Under the pieces are notes generated by a model. It did not search any database. It was given only the letters and a program-made list of their open reading frames with translations, and was not told the origin of the DNA. The translations under genes and the position numbers were made by a program. 59,458 nucleotides of DNA, taken from positions 1-59,458 of IMG/VR virus record IMGVR_UViG_3300042542_000678, one strand, 5' to 3'. The stretch is from a virus (Duplodnaviria; Caudoviricetes). Below are positions 45,124-55,367 of this stretch, one piece after another (the stretch's first letter is position 1; each line of letters begins with the position of its first letter).

Positions 45124-48100
45124 TTATCGTCTAGTAGCTAGGCCACCTCTTGCAAGCTTGGGAGTCATCTCCCTCACCTTCTGCAATGACAGCTTTCGTT
45201 TGTCTTCTTTTATTGCGGGTGTGCCAGTAGCATTGTCTGTTGCTGAAAACTCACGAAGTCTATCCCGCAGTTCCAACAGGTTCTTAGCTTTTTGAGTTGC
45301 CCCAACACTTCTAAGAATGTCAGCAACATCTGGCAGTTTATCAACAACGCCTCCGTGAAAAGCATCATCAATAAATTGGTCAATGCTGGATTGATATTGC
45401 TGACCTGTGCCAGAGCGAACAGTACCCTTAGACATGTTCATATAGTCATTCATTAAGTTACGAACAGCCGTGTAGGACTTATAAGCAAACTTAGCAGATT
45501 CTCTTTCATCAAAAGAATCTAAAGCATTGTCCATTAACTCTTTCAATTCATCTCGTGTTTTAATTATTTCAGCTTTTGGTTTAATGCCAATAAGTGCCCT
45601 GTTAAAAACTTCATCTTTAGGGTTAAGAGCTTTCAGTTTAACATTGTTACCTTTAACACTAAGCTTATTAGCTTCAATTATCATATCTTCTGTTTCATTA
45701 AATCCAGCGCGTGGCAATGATATTGGACGAACAAAGTCTGGCACACCAGTAACAGCACGAATAATAGTGTTCATATCCTTAGCATCATATCCCTTTGGTG
45801 GCATGTTGATGCGAGAGAACTTGTAATCAGCATATGGAATATCAGTATACATAAAGTTATCTACATTGCGCCCACCAAAAGAATTGGCATTAAATCCAAG
45901 ATTCAAATCTTTTGTAAATGAAGGACCACCCACATTCATTTCAAAATGTCCAGTTGTACTTCTTGTTGGGTCATAGAATCCAGACCTATTAAGCTTTTCC
46001 ATTTTCTCTGGTAGACCACCATGATACAAGCGAATGGGTGGAACATCTTTATACTGTTCACGCAATTGTTCAAGCTTGTTTTGTAGCCGCATAGCCATGT
46101 CTTTAGCTTCAGCCATTCCCTCTTTAGTCTTAGGTGAAAGTTCTACATTATACTTTGCACGATATTCGCCTAACAATGTACCAAGAACTTCATCATCAAT
46201 GGTAGCAAAGTTGATGTCATCTCGTAGCCTGAAGAAAGAATCTTCTCGCTTGTTCCTAATCTCTTTAATGATTGCATTGCGCTGAGTAACAGAAGTTTTA
46301 TTAACTTGTTTGTTCAAGTCGCCTATATAAATCTTATCGATCTTTTCTTCAGATAGTGATAGTCTTGGTTTAAGGAATGCTTTAATATCTGATATTGAGT
46401 CGCCTATTGGATTTCCATTATCATCGTACAAAACTTCATCCGTCAAAGATGTAGCGCTATCATCTGTCTTCTTACCAAACGGATTTGCTGGCATCTCATT
46501 CCATTTAACACCAGCAGCTTGACCAGTGTACGAGTGAGCAGTACTCATGTAGTCATCGTAGTTGGCAATCTTCCAGTTCTTAACAAACTCTGGAGTGTAG
46601 TTCTCAGCCATCAGCTTTTCACCAGCGGCGTACTGATCAGGGGTAAAGCCACCAGTGGGCGGTATGACATCATCAAGCTGCTTAGAAGCATCTTGCAAGT
46701 CATCTGCCAGATTAGGCATAGGAGCGGTTTCAACAGCAGCAGCAGGGGGAGGCATGACCTCTTCCATTTGACTCGCCATAGGGGCTTCTGGCTCGATTGG
46801 TGGCACTGGCTCAGAGGCAGCAACAGTCTTCTTGGCAGCAGCCTTCTTAACTGTTGGGATAGCTGTAGTTGTTTGAGGAGCAACAGCTGGTGTTGGTAGA
46901 TTCTTATTAAGAATGTTATCAATAGTAGAAGTATCTACAGGAATGTCAGGAGTGTTTATTGTTCTGAGCCTAGATAAGAAGCCTTGAACTGGAATGTTAG
47001 AGGCTGCTTTACCAGCAAACTTAGATGCCATACCACCAACAGCAAACCTTAAGTCACCAAGCATTGCCTTATATGCGTCAACTTGCATATAGTCATTGGC
47101 TTCTTCAAGCGTCTTACCTTGATTGTCTTTGGCATATCGTTCATTAATAACCTTACGCTCATCACTGGTAAGCTTATTAAATTGCATCTTCTTAACACGA
47201 AGAAGATCATCACTCATAAACTTAGCATCGGTAATATCCCGTGCTATGCTAGTCATTTCGCTAACAGAATTACCAAGCGCCATCTTCTGTTCTGTTGGGC
47301 TTAGTTTCTGATATCGCTCATCATTCATTGCCCGTTTAATTGTTTCAATAACTAATGGGTTTGCCGTTTCAACAAAGGCACGATCATAGCTCTTGTCACC
47401 AGACGAAGGACCATACAGCTTGTATGGGTCAATACCAAGTCTAACGATTTCAGATTCAGCAGGAGTCTTTGCTGGAGTTTCACGGACACCCACCAAGCTG
47501 TAGAAGAACTCACCTTCTTTGTACACTGGACCATCACGCAAGCGAGGAACAGCTTCAGGTAAGCTCTCTTTAAGGATTGGCAGCTTGCTTTGAACACGCT
47601 GTGCGCCAGCTTCAACCAACGTAGGAACGGGCATTCCCATAACTGTCTTATCACCAGTGATGACATTAGGGTCACGCTGGATAGAGCCTTCCTCACGGAA
47701 CAAATCAAGAAACTCATAGGCACTCTTGAATACAAACGGCTGTGAGAATCGTGCAGTGAAGTCACCCAATACTTTACCAATTGCAATCTCAAGCTTATCT
47801 GCGTCTTTCTCAGAAGACACAGCAGCGAATACCTGATCAAGTAATTGAGCTTGTGTACCAGCTGGCATTTTCATACCAACAATGGCTTCAACCATTTCAG
47901 CTGTCTTTGGCTCAAGGCCAAGCTTGCGTTTGGCTAAGAAGTCAGCAACGGCAAGTGTTGGTCCAAGCGGAAAGATTGAGCGAGTATCATAAGTACCGCC
48001 ATCATCCTTCTTCATATTAAACCAATCAGTGTCTTGGTTGTTTAGACGATAGTCATACGCAGCAGCAAGCGCTGCCGTACCAACAATACCTTTAGCGATG

Positions 48101-50361
48101 TTCTCTTGACCTTGACGAATCAAACCATCACCGGCATTAGAGCCAGAGGCTTTCATAAGTGCGCCACGATAAATGTCTTCTGCTCCAGATGCTGCACCAA
48201 AAACGCTGTAGCGATATTGGAAGGCAATAGCATTAGACATAAAGCGTGGGAAGGTGACAAGTAAACTACCACCGGGAAATTCAGCTGCCTTAACAAATAG
48301 ATTACCAGCTGCTTCCGCACCGGCTTCAAAGGTTTGAATACCTTTCTTCTGCACCTTCGGTGTATACGAGAAGGTTGCCTTCAGAGTTTCGTCTGTAGCT
48401 TGTTGCAAGATAGATGCAGGAATTGCCTTGCCTTCACCAATTACCTGATACATGTCCATACCAGCACGGCGCATGTGCTTCTCAACAGCAGCGTTAAAGA
48501 TTGCTTTACGGAAGAAAGCATCCTGTGCTACGTTCAATGTGTTAAAGACTTGAGCAGCTTTAGAAAGCTGGTTAGTAGAAGACTCCTGTGTAGCGCTCAA
48601 TAGATTGTTACGCAGAGCAGGATTGTGCTGAAGCAAGTTGTTCGTCACTTCAGTGGACAAACCATTCTTAGCCATATATCCATACACGCTGAATGCGTCA
48701 CGGAATGTATCACCAAGACTGCTCATTGCTGTCTCAACACGCTTACCGCTGGCGGCACCATCCAGTGTTCTGCCAACAGTGTACATTGCCCCTTCAATCA
48801 ACGATCCTGCTGAACTGTAAGTAAGGCCGACTGATGTACCCATAATGTTACGCACTGTAGTACCAATGCCGCTAACAACAAATGCTTTTGATTCACGCTC
48901 TACTGTTCGTATAACTTGACCGATACGCCCAAGGGCAGATACATATTCATCTGGTTTATTAAACAAGCCATCGACAATCTTAGCAGCTTCAGGGTCAATC
49001 TGAGTCATGCGAGTAAGAATCTTAGACGCAGCAGAATATTGCTGCATCACACGAGCAGCATCGGAAACAGTCATCAAGTTTGCTTGTGCAAATTGCTCAA
49101 CACTCAGTCCTTCTCTACGGATGGCTTGTTCAAGAACAGCATCGTCAATGGTGTCTAGATTTGAGAAGACGCTGGCGATAGCGTCACTTGTTTTTTGATT
49201 GGGCTTTAAACGAAAGGTTGGGTCAGCATCAATGACATGCATTGCCACCCGTACAGCACGAGCAGACAAATCACTTTGAATCTTTGAATCAGTTAATGCA
49301 GTGGCAGGGTCAATCTCATCTAAAATCCTACGACCTTCTTGTTTGTTAAACTGAGACACAAGCTCATCCATGTTTTGTGAAATAGGATCAGCAACCATTC
49401 TCTCAAACTCTGTGACAGGAGCATTGGGGTCTTTAGGTACTTTAGCCTTGAGAAGCTTTTCACTAAACTGTTCAGCACCAGACTTACCACCGGTTATAGC
49501 AAGAGCGCCACGGCCTTCAAGGAATCCACCAACACTACCAAACAATGCTGCCACACCTAATTGTGCAGGGTCAAGGTCTTTTGGTTCTTCACGCATTGCC
49601 TTAGCAACTTCTTGCTTCTTCTTTTGTTCAATTACGTTTTGACCAACAGCAAGGCCAGCTTCTGTAGCTGTAGTGACAGCAGTGATGCCAGTAGGTGTAA
49701 GCAAGCTAGCAATCTTAGACTTGGCAGCAGCCTCACCAGCCTCACCAATGATAGCTTTAGTAGCAAGCTCTGTAGCTTCTTTAGCAGCCTTCTTCTTTAA
49801 ACCAGTACCAACACCAAAACCAATATAGTTTGTCAGGTCAGTCAATGCTGCTTTAGCAATGTCTACATATGGACCAGCACCCGGTTGACCACCTTTAGTA
49901 CCAGCGCTTGCAATCTCATCATACAGACGATTACCAAGTGCCAGCTTCTCTTGATCTGGCAAGGGAGAGTTTCGCAGCTTGTTCAGCGCAGCAACATTAG
50001 AGAATGTATTCCATTCTTCACCACGCATGTTAGCCATGAAGCTGTTAACAAACTCTTTCTTGTCAGTGCCTTCCTTGTATGTGGAGTTCATTGCCACTTT
50101 AGAATAGTCAGTGATGACCTTAAAGATTTCGGGATTGCTATACAACTCATCGTAAGTAAACTTAGGCTTGTTGCGCTCAGCTTCTGCTTCTGCGCGGACC
50201 TTCTGAGCAGCATCATCCCTACGAAACGGGCGTGACATCGTGCCAAAGGCTGGCTTAGTTAGATCAACTTCTGGTGCAGGTGGCTTTGCTGGAATTAAAT
50301 CAGCATAGGTGTCTGCACCACCGGCTTTAGCAGCGGGTATCAAATCAGCATAATCAGCCAT
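45124..50361 (-). CDS. Large internal virion (ejection) protein with possible C-terminal ART-like domain
   Basis: 1745 aa, last late gene, mostly helical; RLYHG...PSFT...ETE near the C-terminus. Confidence 0.7.
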   Translation of the reverse strand: MADYADLIPAAKAGGADTYADLIPAKPPAPEVDLTKPAFGTMSRPFRRDDAAQKVRAEAEAERNKPKFTYDELYSNPEIFKVITDYSKVAMNSTYKEGTDKKEFVNSFMANMRGEEWNTFSNVAALNKLRNSPLPDQEKLALGNRLYDEIASAGTKGGQPGAGPYVDIAKAALTDLTNYIGFGVGTGLKKKAAKEATELATKAIIGEAGEAAAKSKIASLLTPTGITAVTTATEAGLAVGQNVIEQKKKQEVAKAMREEPKDLDPAQLGVAALFGSVGGFLEGRGALAITGGKSGAEQFSEKLLKAKVPKDPNAPVTEFERMVADPISQNMDELVSQFNKQEGRRILDEIDPATALTDSKIQSDLSARAVRVAMHVIDADPTFRLKPNQKTSDAIASVFSNLDTIDDAVLEQAIRREGLSVEQFAQANLMTVSDAARVMQQYSAASKILTRMTQIDPEAAKIVDGLFNKPDEYVSALGRIGQVIRTVERESKAFVVSGIGTTVRNIMGTSVGLTYSSAGSLIEGAMYTVGRTLDGAASGKRVETAMSSLGDTFRDAFSVYGYMAKNGLSTEVTNNLLQHNPALRNNLLSATQESSTNQLSKAAQVFNTLNVAQDAFFRKAIFNAAVEKHMRRAGMDMYQVIGEGKAIPASILQQATDETLKATFSYTPKVQKKGIQTFEAGAEAAGNLFVKAAEFPGGSLLVTFPRFMSNAIAFQYRYSVFGAASGAEDIYRGALMKASGSNAGDGLIRQGQENIAKGIVGTAALAAAYDYRLNNQDTDWFNMKKDDGGTYDTRSIFPLGPTLAVADFLAKRKLGLEPKTAEMVEAIVGMKMPAGTQAQLLDQVFAAVSSEKDADKLEIAIGKVLGDFTARFSQPFVFKSAYEFLDLFREEGSIQRDPNVITGDKTVMGMPVPTLVEAGAQRVQSKLPILKESLPEAVPRLRDGPVYKEGEFFYSLVGVRETPAKTPAESEIVRLGIDPYKLYGPSSGDKSYDRAFVETANPLVIETIKRAMNDERYQKLSPTEQKMALGNSVSEMTSIARDITDAKFMSDDLLRVKKMQFNKLTSDERKVINERYAKDNQGKTLEEANDYMQVDAYKAMLGDLRFAVGGMASKFAGKAASNIPVQGFLSRLRTINTPDIPVDTSTIDNILNKNLPTPAVAPQTTTAIPTVKKAAAKKTVAASEPVPPIEPEAPMASQMEEVMPPPAAAVETAPMPNLADDLQDASKQLDDVIPPTGGFTPDQYAAGEKLMAENYTPEFVKNWKIANYDDYMSTAHSYTGQAAGVKWNEMPANPFGKKTDDSATSLTDEVLYDDNGNPIGDSISDIKAFLKPRLSLSEEKIDKIYIGDLNKQVNKTSVTQRNAIIKEIRNKREDSFFRLRDDINFATIDDEVLGTLLGEYRAKYNVELSPKTKEGMAEAKDMAMRLQNKLEQLREQYKDVPPIRLYHGGLPEKMEKLNRSGFYDPTRSTTGHFEMNVGGPSFTKDLNLGFNANSFGGRNVDNFMYTDIPYADYKFSRINMPPKGYDAKDMNTIIRAVTGVPDFVRPISLPRAGFNETEDMIIEANKLSVKGNNVKLKALNPKDEVFNRALIGIKPKAEIIKTRDELKELMDNALDSFDERESAKFAYKSYTAVRNLMNDYMNMSKGTVRSGTGQQYQSSIDQFIDDAFHGGVVDKLPDVADILRSVGATQKAKNLLELRDRLREFSATDNATGTPAIKEDKRKLSLQKVREMTPKLARGGLATRR

Positions 50362-51767
50362 TACAAATCCTGACCTGTGGTTTGTTTAAATCGTGCTTTA
50401 ACAGCAGCGGAATCAGCGCCTCCACTAATTGCAGCATTTGCTTTTCTACGCTCCTCTTGTATATTAACTTGAGGTGCTGCCTCTGTCCTACCACCACTTG
50501 ATGATGGGGGCAATGCTGGTGCAGCCGGTGCTGGTGTAGTTGGAGCAGCTTCTTGCATTTGTGCTGGTGCTTTAAAGCTATTCAATACGCTAGCAACATC
50601 CCTATTGATTGGCATGCCCTTGCTGTCGGTATACAACGACAAAGCAGTTTGGGCAGCACTGGCTTGCAAATCAAGAATAGCTTTACGAGTGGTGGCATCT
50701 GTTCCAACATAGCTAAATCGGGTGCTACCATCTGCATTTTCAATAATAGCAAGTTGTTTTGATTTAAGCAAATCACCATACTTCGCAGCAAGTGCGCGAC
50801 CAACAGCAGCGCCGGTAAAGGTATTAAGCGTAGACAGGTTTGGAACCTTACCTTCACCATCATCTCCACGAACTTTCTTAGCCTCAGCCTCACGGCGTTC
50901 AAGCTCCCATATCCTAAGCAACTCTGTGTCAGCGCGTTTCTTTTCTTCAGGAGTTCCATTTAAAGAAGCGTTCTTAAGAGTGACAATCCTTTCAGAGAAT
51001 TTTACCTGTTCGCTACTCATACTATCTTTAATACTATTAACAATTGCCAAGTCTGCTTGTGCCAATTTAGTGGCAGTAGGGTCATTATTTTTAGTAGCTA
51101 AAAGAATCCTAGCCTTAGCATCATCTTCTTGTTGAGCAAAAGTCTTCGGAGGACGAAGCTTAGACATATCGTATGTAGCATTAACCTCAGCTGTTGGACG
51201 AACAAATCCCTGTGCCGCTTTAAGACGCTCAAGCGGAACACCAAGCGCCTGTGCCTGTTCAAGCATGGCTTTCTCTTTAGCAGAGCCACTAGACTTACTC
51301 AGCATATCCCTGATGATGTTGCCAGAAGAAGGCTCAAGCTGTTTAGTAATTGTATCCCTAGCGGCAGTAGGAAGAACAGACAACATCTTGACGCGCTCAA
51401 GAGCGGTGGCTGTTGATGAGTTGTCGTTTACAACCTTGGCAAAGTTACCAAGCTTAAAGCTTCCAGCATCAAAGCCATCCTTCTTGATGTAGTCAGTAAT
51501 CGAAGTCATGACAGGTGCGCTAGTAGCAACAGCGTACAACTCACTCTCACTAGCTGTTGGGTCATACGTCTTCAAGATGTTAATGTTGTTGACTAGCTCT
51601 GCTTCTTTCTTTTTATTATCTTCAACTACAGTTTTGTAATTGGTATAAAGATTCTTAACAGCCTCAGTTCCTCTAAGCTCTGCAAGCTTTCGTTCTTTTT
51701 GAATGTCATCAACAGCAGCTTCAGCAAAGCCACCAGCGAATGAGCTTAAATTAAATCCCATTTGCAT
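50361..51767 (-). CDS. Probable internal virion protein
   Basis: Starts FNLSSFAGGFA, helical, in the ejectosome position. Confidence 0.6.
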   Translation of the reverse strand: MQMGFNLSSFAGGFAEAAVDDIQKERKLAELRGTEAVKNLYTNYKTVVEDNKKKEAELVNNINILKTYDPTASESELYAVATSAPVMTSITDYIKKDGFDAGSFKLGNFAKVVNDNSSTATALERVKMLSVLPTAARDTITKQLEPSSGNIIRDMLSKSSGSAKEKAMLEQAQALGVPLERLKAAQGFVRPTAEVNATYDMSKLRPPKTFAQQEDDAKARILLATKNNDPTATKLAQADLAIVNSIKDSMSSEQVKFSERIVTLKNASLNGTPEEKKRADTELLRIWELERREAEAKKVRGDDGEGKVPNLSTLNTFTGAAVGRALAAKYGDLLKSKQLAIIENADGSTRFSYVGTDATTRKAILDLQASAAQTALSLYTDSKGMPINRDVASVLNSFKAPAQMQEAAPTTPAPAAPALPPSSSGGRTEAAPQVNIQEERRKANAAISGGADSAAVKARFKQTTGQDL

Positions 51768-52269
51768 TCTCCATTGTTGTAGGCTTACGCGCCATCAATC
51801 CAGACAATTCAACAACAGGCGCTGCTATTTCATCTGCTGTAGTTTCTTTCTTAGCCATTGCTTTTTTAATAGCAGCATTAATAACTCGTACAGGTATCTG
51901 TGTATCATCAGGATCAGCAGGGAATATTGTGTATTCAACCTTGTGTATTTCAGCAACAGTCTTCAGCATCTCAATGATGACAGGCATAACCAATAGGCCA
52001 GCATCAATTGTATGAACACCAGCAGCAACACCAGAAAGCATTAAGGCTTCTGCCATAGAAGCCAAAGGAACTTTTGTTTCAACTACGTCTAGCGTACTAT
52101 TAATAACATCAGGGGAAGATAGTTTATCAATATACTTTTGAGCAATCTCATCAGTCTTAACAAGCTTAGGCGGGTTTAACCAATTGTGACTCTTAGGCAT
52201 ATCTGTCCAAGAACCACCAATCGGTACTGGTTTAATGACATCAACTGGTGAAAGATCATTTGCGGCCAT
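51751..52269 (-). CDS. Conserved virion-region protein
   Basis: P.PG.S.T-like start, G.HTID motif, GLMARK near the C-terminus. Confidence 0.65.
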   Translation of the reverse strand: MAANDLSPVDVIKPVPIGGSWTDMPKSHNWLNPPKLVKTDEIAQKYIDKLSSPDVINSTLDVVETKVPLASMAEALMLSGVAAGVHTIDAGLLVMPVIIEMLKTVAEIHKVEYTIFPADPDDTQIPVRVINAAIKKAMAKKETTADEIAAPVVELSGLMARKPTTMENANGI

Positions 52270-52468
52270 TGGTCATTTCCTCTTTAGCTTTACGAATACC
52301 ATAAACAAATTGAGCAATGACATCAAGCTCACTACGCTTCTCATTACCACTGTCTTTCTCAGGCATCCTTGACGAAAGAAATCCTTTAGACTTTGGTTTG
52401 TTTTCTTTAGAAGATTGTACAGCAAGTATTGCTTCAATTTTATCAATATAGCTTTTAATGTGTTTCAT
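52256..52468 (-). CDS. Small hypothetical protein
   Basis: 70 aa, KGFLSSR. Confidence 0.6.
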   Translation of the reverse strand: MKHIKSYIDKIEAILAVQSSKENKPKSKGFLSSRMPEKDSGNEKRSELDVIAQFVYGIRKAKEEMTNGRK

Positions 52469-52473
52469 AATAC

Positions 52474-54480
52474 TTACCAGCCTTTAATAACTTCATACGC
52501 AAGCTTTCCCCAAGCAGCATTGCTAGCGGCATCTGCTGTTGTTTCTGCCGCTGACACGGCAGCAGACTTGTTGATAGACGCAACCGCTAAGTCCCTAATC
52601 CTGTCCTTCTCGCTTTCGCCTGTCTTGAATGAGTATGATAACAGATCACGATATGTTTGTGATAGCTGTGCATATGAGGCAGAGGATAAGTCTGAAGCAT
52701 TCTTAGCATTGATCGCATTAGCTGCATTAATGGCAGCAGTGTTTGCTGTTGAAATGTCAGCCAATATTTTAGCGTTAGCTACATTAATCTCAGCAGACAT
52801 GCGTGAGTTAAACTCAGAACGATCATTAGCTTCTTGTGCGTTAAACTTAACCAACTCATTAGCAGCATTCAGATTTGCAACCCTAACCTTGTTGGTTTCA
52901 GAAGCATTATATTGCTGAGCAGTGAGAGCAAGTGTAGCAGATATCTTATCGGCTTCCAGTTTATTGCTGGCATTAGTTGCAGCAGCAGCATTGGCGTAGC
53001 CAGCATCACTGGTCAACGAATCAGCAATTGCCTTTGCTTTAAACACAGAAGTTTGCTGTGCAATGTCAAGATTCTTGAGGTCCATGTTCAAGAAAGCTTT
53101 GGCATTATCAACAGCAACAAGTTGTCGATTGTTTAGATTAGCTGTTTCAAGAGAAGCAACCTGTGCTGCTTCAGCAAGCTGCATAGCATTACGCGCTGAC
53201 AGATTGGCAATGTTTGTAGTGCTGGCAATACGGGCATTCTCAAGAGCAATGGTGACAGTGGCATCAAAGTTCTTGTTAGCAATGTCGCTGATTGTGGCAG
53301 CATTCTTAACACGAGTTTGAAAAGCTTGATCAAACTCTTGCCCAAGAAAAGCAGCACGTTGCTTACCAAGATCAAGGGCAATAGCCTGTCGATTGGACAA
53401 GTTCTGTAAAGCCATTGTCTCTTGTATCTTTGCATCAGCAGCAGCAATCGGTGACGCAGCCTCAAGCGTTGCTTGAATAATTGCTTGACCAGCCATGCTG
53501 GAAGCGCCAACACCACGAGCAGCCATCAGTGCTGTAGCTGCTCTCATAGAAGCAGCAGCCCATGCGGGTGGCTTACCAGCGTCAAAGTTTGTCAGCAGCT
53601 TATTAAGCTGACCTTGTACAGTCATCTCTTCAGCAACAACACCCTGAGCAGCCTGAGTCTTAGCAAGGCTTTCTTCAACCTTTGCCATATCAACAGCAGG
53701 ACCAGCCACCATTTCACCAGCTTGCACTGTACGCTCAGCAACTGGAGCGACAGTAGTGGCTGTTGCCTGAGCAGCTTCAACACCGCCAACGGCAGTGGTT
53801 GTTGGCTCTTGTGTGACGGCTTTTGCCGTTGCTGCATCAGATACAGCACCCTGCACAGCTGGCATAGCAGCCAAACTTTCAGCAACAGAAGGAGCAGCAA
53901 ATGTTGGAGCAACAGTGGCAGCAGTCACTGGAGCAGAAGGAGCAGCAGTGGCGGCTTCAGCAATCTGTGCTGGTATAGCTTGTGCAGCAGCTGGTGCTGT
54001 AGGAGATGCTATTTTCATTGCATCCGTAACAGCGGTTGTTGCTGCTGTATAACCCGGCGCAGTAGTCAGCACTGGAGCGCCAGCGTCTGGTGCAACAGTT
54101 GAGATTGGTGTAGTTATTAGCTTAGGAGGAGTGGTTGGTGGTCCTGATCTTGGAACTTGAATACGTTCACCCGTTGGTGAATATGCGTATACCATTCCCT
54201 CATTTGGTATCACCGCTGTATAAGCCCCCATAGGAGGGGCATCGTAGCTATAGCCTTCTGGTAAAACATTACCACCCTCAGCATACTTACGCATCGGAAC
54301 TTTGGCGACAACCATACCACCCTTAGCCATACGCTCTGCAAACTTAGAAGTTACAGCAGCATAGCGTTGAGCGTCAGAAGGTGTAGATGCAAGATACTCA
54401 TCGAACATCTGCATTGGACCATCATAGCCCATCTTACGAGCTACAATCTCTTTTTGTTTTGCTGTAAAGTTTTCAGCCAT
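52474..54480 (-). CDS. Probable internal virion protein (Ala/Gln/Asn-rich coiled coil)
   Basis: TVQGQL..L...F..G.PP.WA, NLSNRQ repeats; MAKGG and YAEGG motifs. Confidence 0.65.
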   Translation of the reverse strand: MAENFTAKQKEIVARKMGYDGPMQMFDEYLASTPSDAQRYAAVTSKFAERMAKGGMVVAKVPMRKYAEGGNVLPEGYSYDAPPMGAYTAVIPNEGMVYAYSPTGERIQVPRSGPPTTPPKLITTPISTVAPDAGAPVLTTAPGYTAATTAVTDAMKIASPTAPAAAQAIPAQIAEAATAAPSAPVTAATVAPTFAAPSVAESLAAMPAVQGAVSDAATAKAVTQEPTTTAVGGVEAAQATATTVAPVAERTVQAGEMVAGPAVDMAKVEESLAKTQAAQGVVAEEMTVQGQLNKLLTNFDAGKPPAWAAASMRAATALMAARGVGASSMAGQAIIQATLEAASPIAAADAKIQETMALQNLSNRQAIALDLGKQRAAFLGQEFDQAFQTRVKNAATISDIANKNFDATVTIALENARIASTTNIANLSARNAMQLAEAAQVASLETANLNNRQLVAVDNAKAFLNMDLKNLDIAQQTSVFKAKAIADSLTSDAGYANAAAATNASNKLEADKISATLALTAQQYNASETNKVRVANLNAANELVKFNAQEANDRSEFNSRMSAEINVANAKILADISTANTAAINAANAINAKNASDLSSASYAQLSQTYRDLLSYSFKTGESEKDRIRDLAVASINKSAAVSAAETTADAASNAAWGKLAYEVIKGW

Positions 54481-54495
54481 TATTAACCTTTTATA

Positions 54496-54960
54496 TTAAG
54501 CCACAAGGCCGTTCAGATATACAGTCTTACCATCTTTTTTGACAGCTGTCAACGCTTGGCACTTGAGATTGTTACTATCGTATGATACATGAACCCATCC
54601 GCTATCTGGAATACCCGGAGTATAAAACTCCAAAATCAATTGTGTATATTGTAAACTATCTTTGATATATTGTGCAAGTGTTGCGTTAGGAATACCAGCA
54701 ATTTCAATGTCAGCAGCTTGTCCTTTGCAATGGTCGCTAGTGCGACTGCCACCAACAGCAGCATTAACATCTGGACTGCGATAGCCACTGTTGACTTTAA
54801 TGCCAACACCATAGTGGTCACGCAATGGCTGCAACACTTTCTCAGCCAGCAGCTTTAGATTTGCAATGTCAGCTTCTGTTGGTTCATTGGGCATGCCTTT
54901 ACGCAGAGCAGTCTCGCTCTTTGTCATTTCATGCAAGGAGAAGTTTGCTGTCAGATTCAT
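54496..54960 (-). CDS. Endolysin, peptidase M15A family
   Basis: SGYRS...S.H..G.AADI...WVHVS Zn-peptidase motifs. Confidence 0.88.
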   Translation of the reverse strand: MNLTANFSLHEMTKSETALRKGMPNEPTEADIANLKLLAEKVLQPLRDHYGVGIKVNSGYRSPDVNAAVGGSRTSDHCKGQAADIEIAGIPNATLAQYIKDSLQYTQLILEFYTPGIPDSGWVHVSYDSNNLKCQALTAVKKDGKTVYLNGLVA

Positions 54961-55367
54961 TTCTTAACTTTCATATCCATAATCTTTTCTAATGTGCGTC
55001 CACCAAAATAGAAACTCATCACAAGCATACCCCATTGTCCTAACAAAGTAACATATACTTCATTGGCATCTAGTCCAAAGGCGCTCATCATTGCAAACGT
55101 AAAGTAACCAACAAAGATGGCGACCAGTGTCATTGGCCTAATATTCTTAGACAACCAAGAGTCTGATGCCATGTCTGACTTCAATCTATCGGTCAGATTA
55201 TTCTGTTCAGTTTTGTACAAGTCAGTATCATTAGCCATCTTAGCCAATTCACCATCCTGTGCCATTTGAGCCAAGTCAAGTTGTGCCTTAGCTTTAGCTT
55301 GAGGATCAGGAATAAGTTTGTCAATCAACTTACCGCCAACATTTAAAAGTGCGTCAAGACCAATCAT
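54957..55367 (-). CDS. Holin (3TM/GTA-holin-like)
   Basis: SWLSKNIRP, two TM segments, YFGGRTLEK; adjacent to endolysin. Confidence 0.8.
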   Translation of the reverse strand: MIGLDALLNVGGKLIDKLIPDPQAKAKAQLDLAQMAQDGELAKMANDTDLYKTEQNNLTDRLKSDMASDSWLSKNIRPMTLVAIFVGYFTFAMMSAFGLDANEVYVTLLGQWGMLVMSFYFGGRTLEKIMDMKVKK

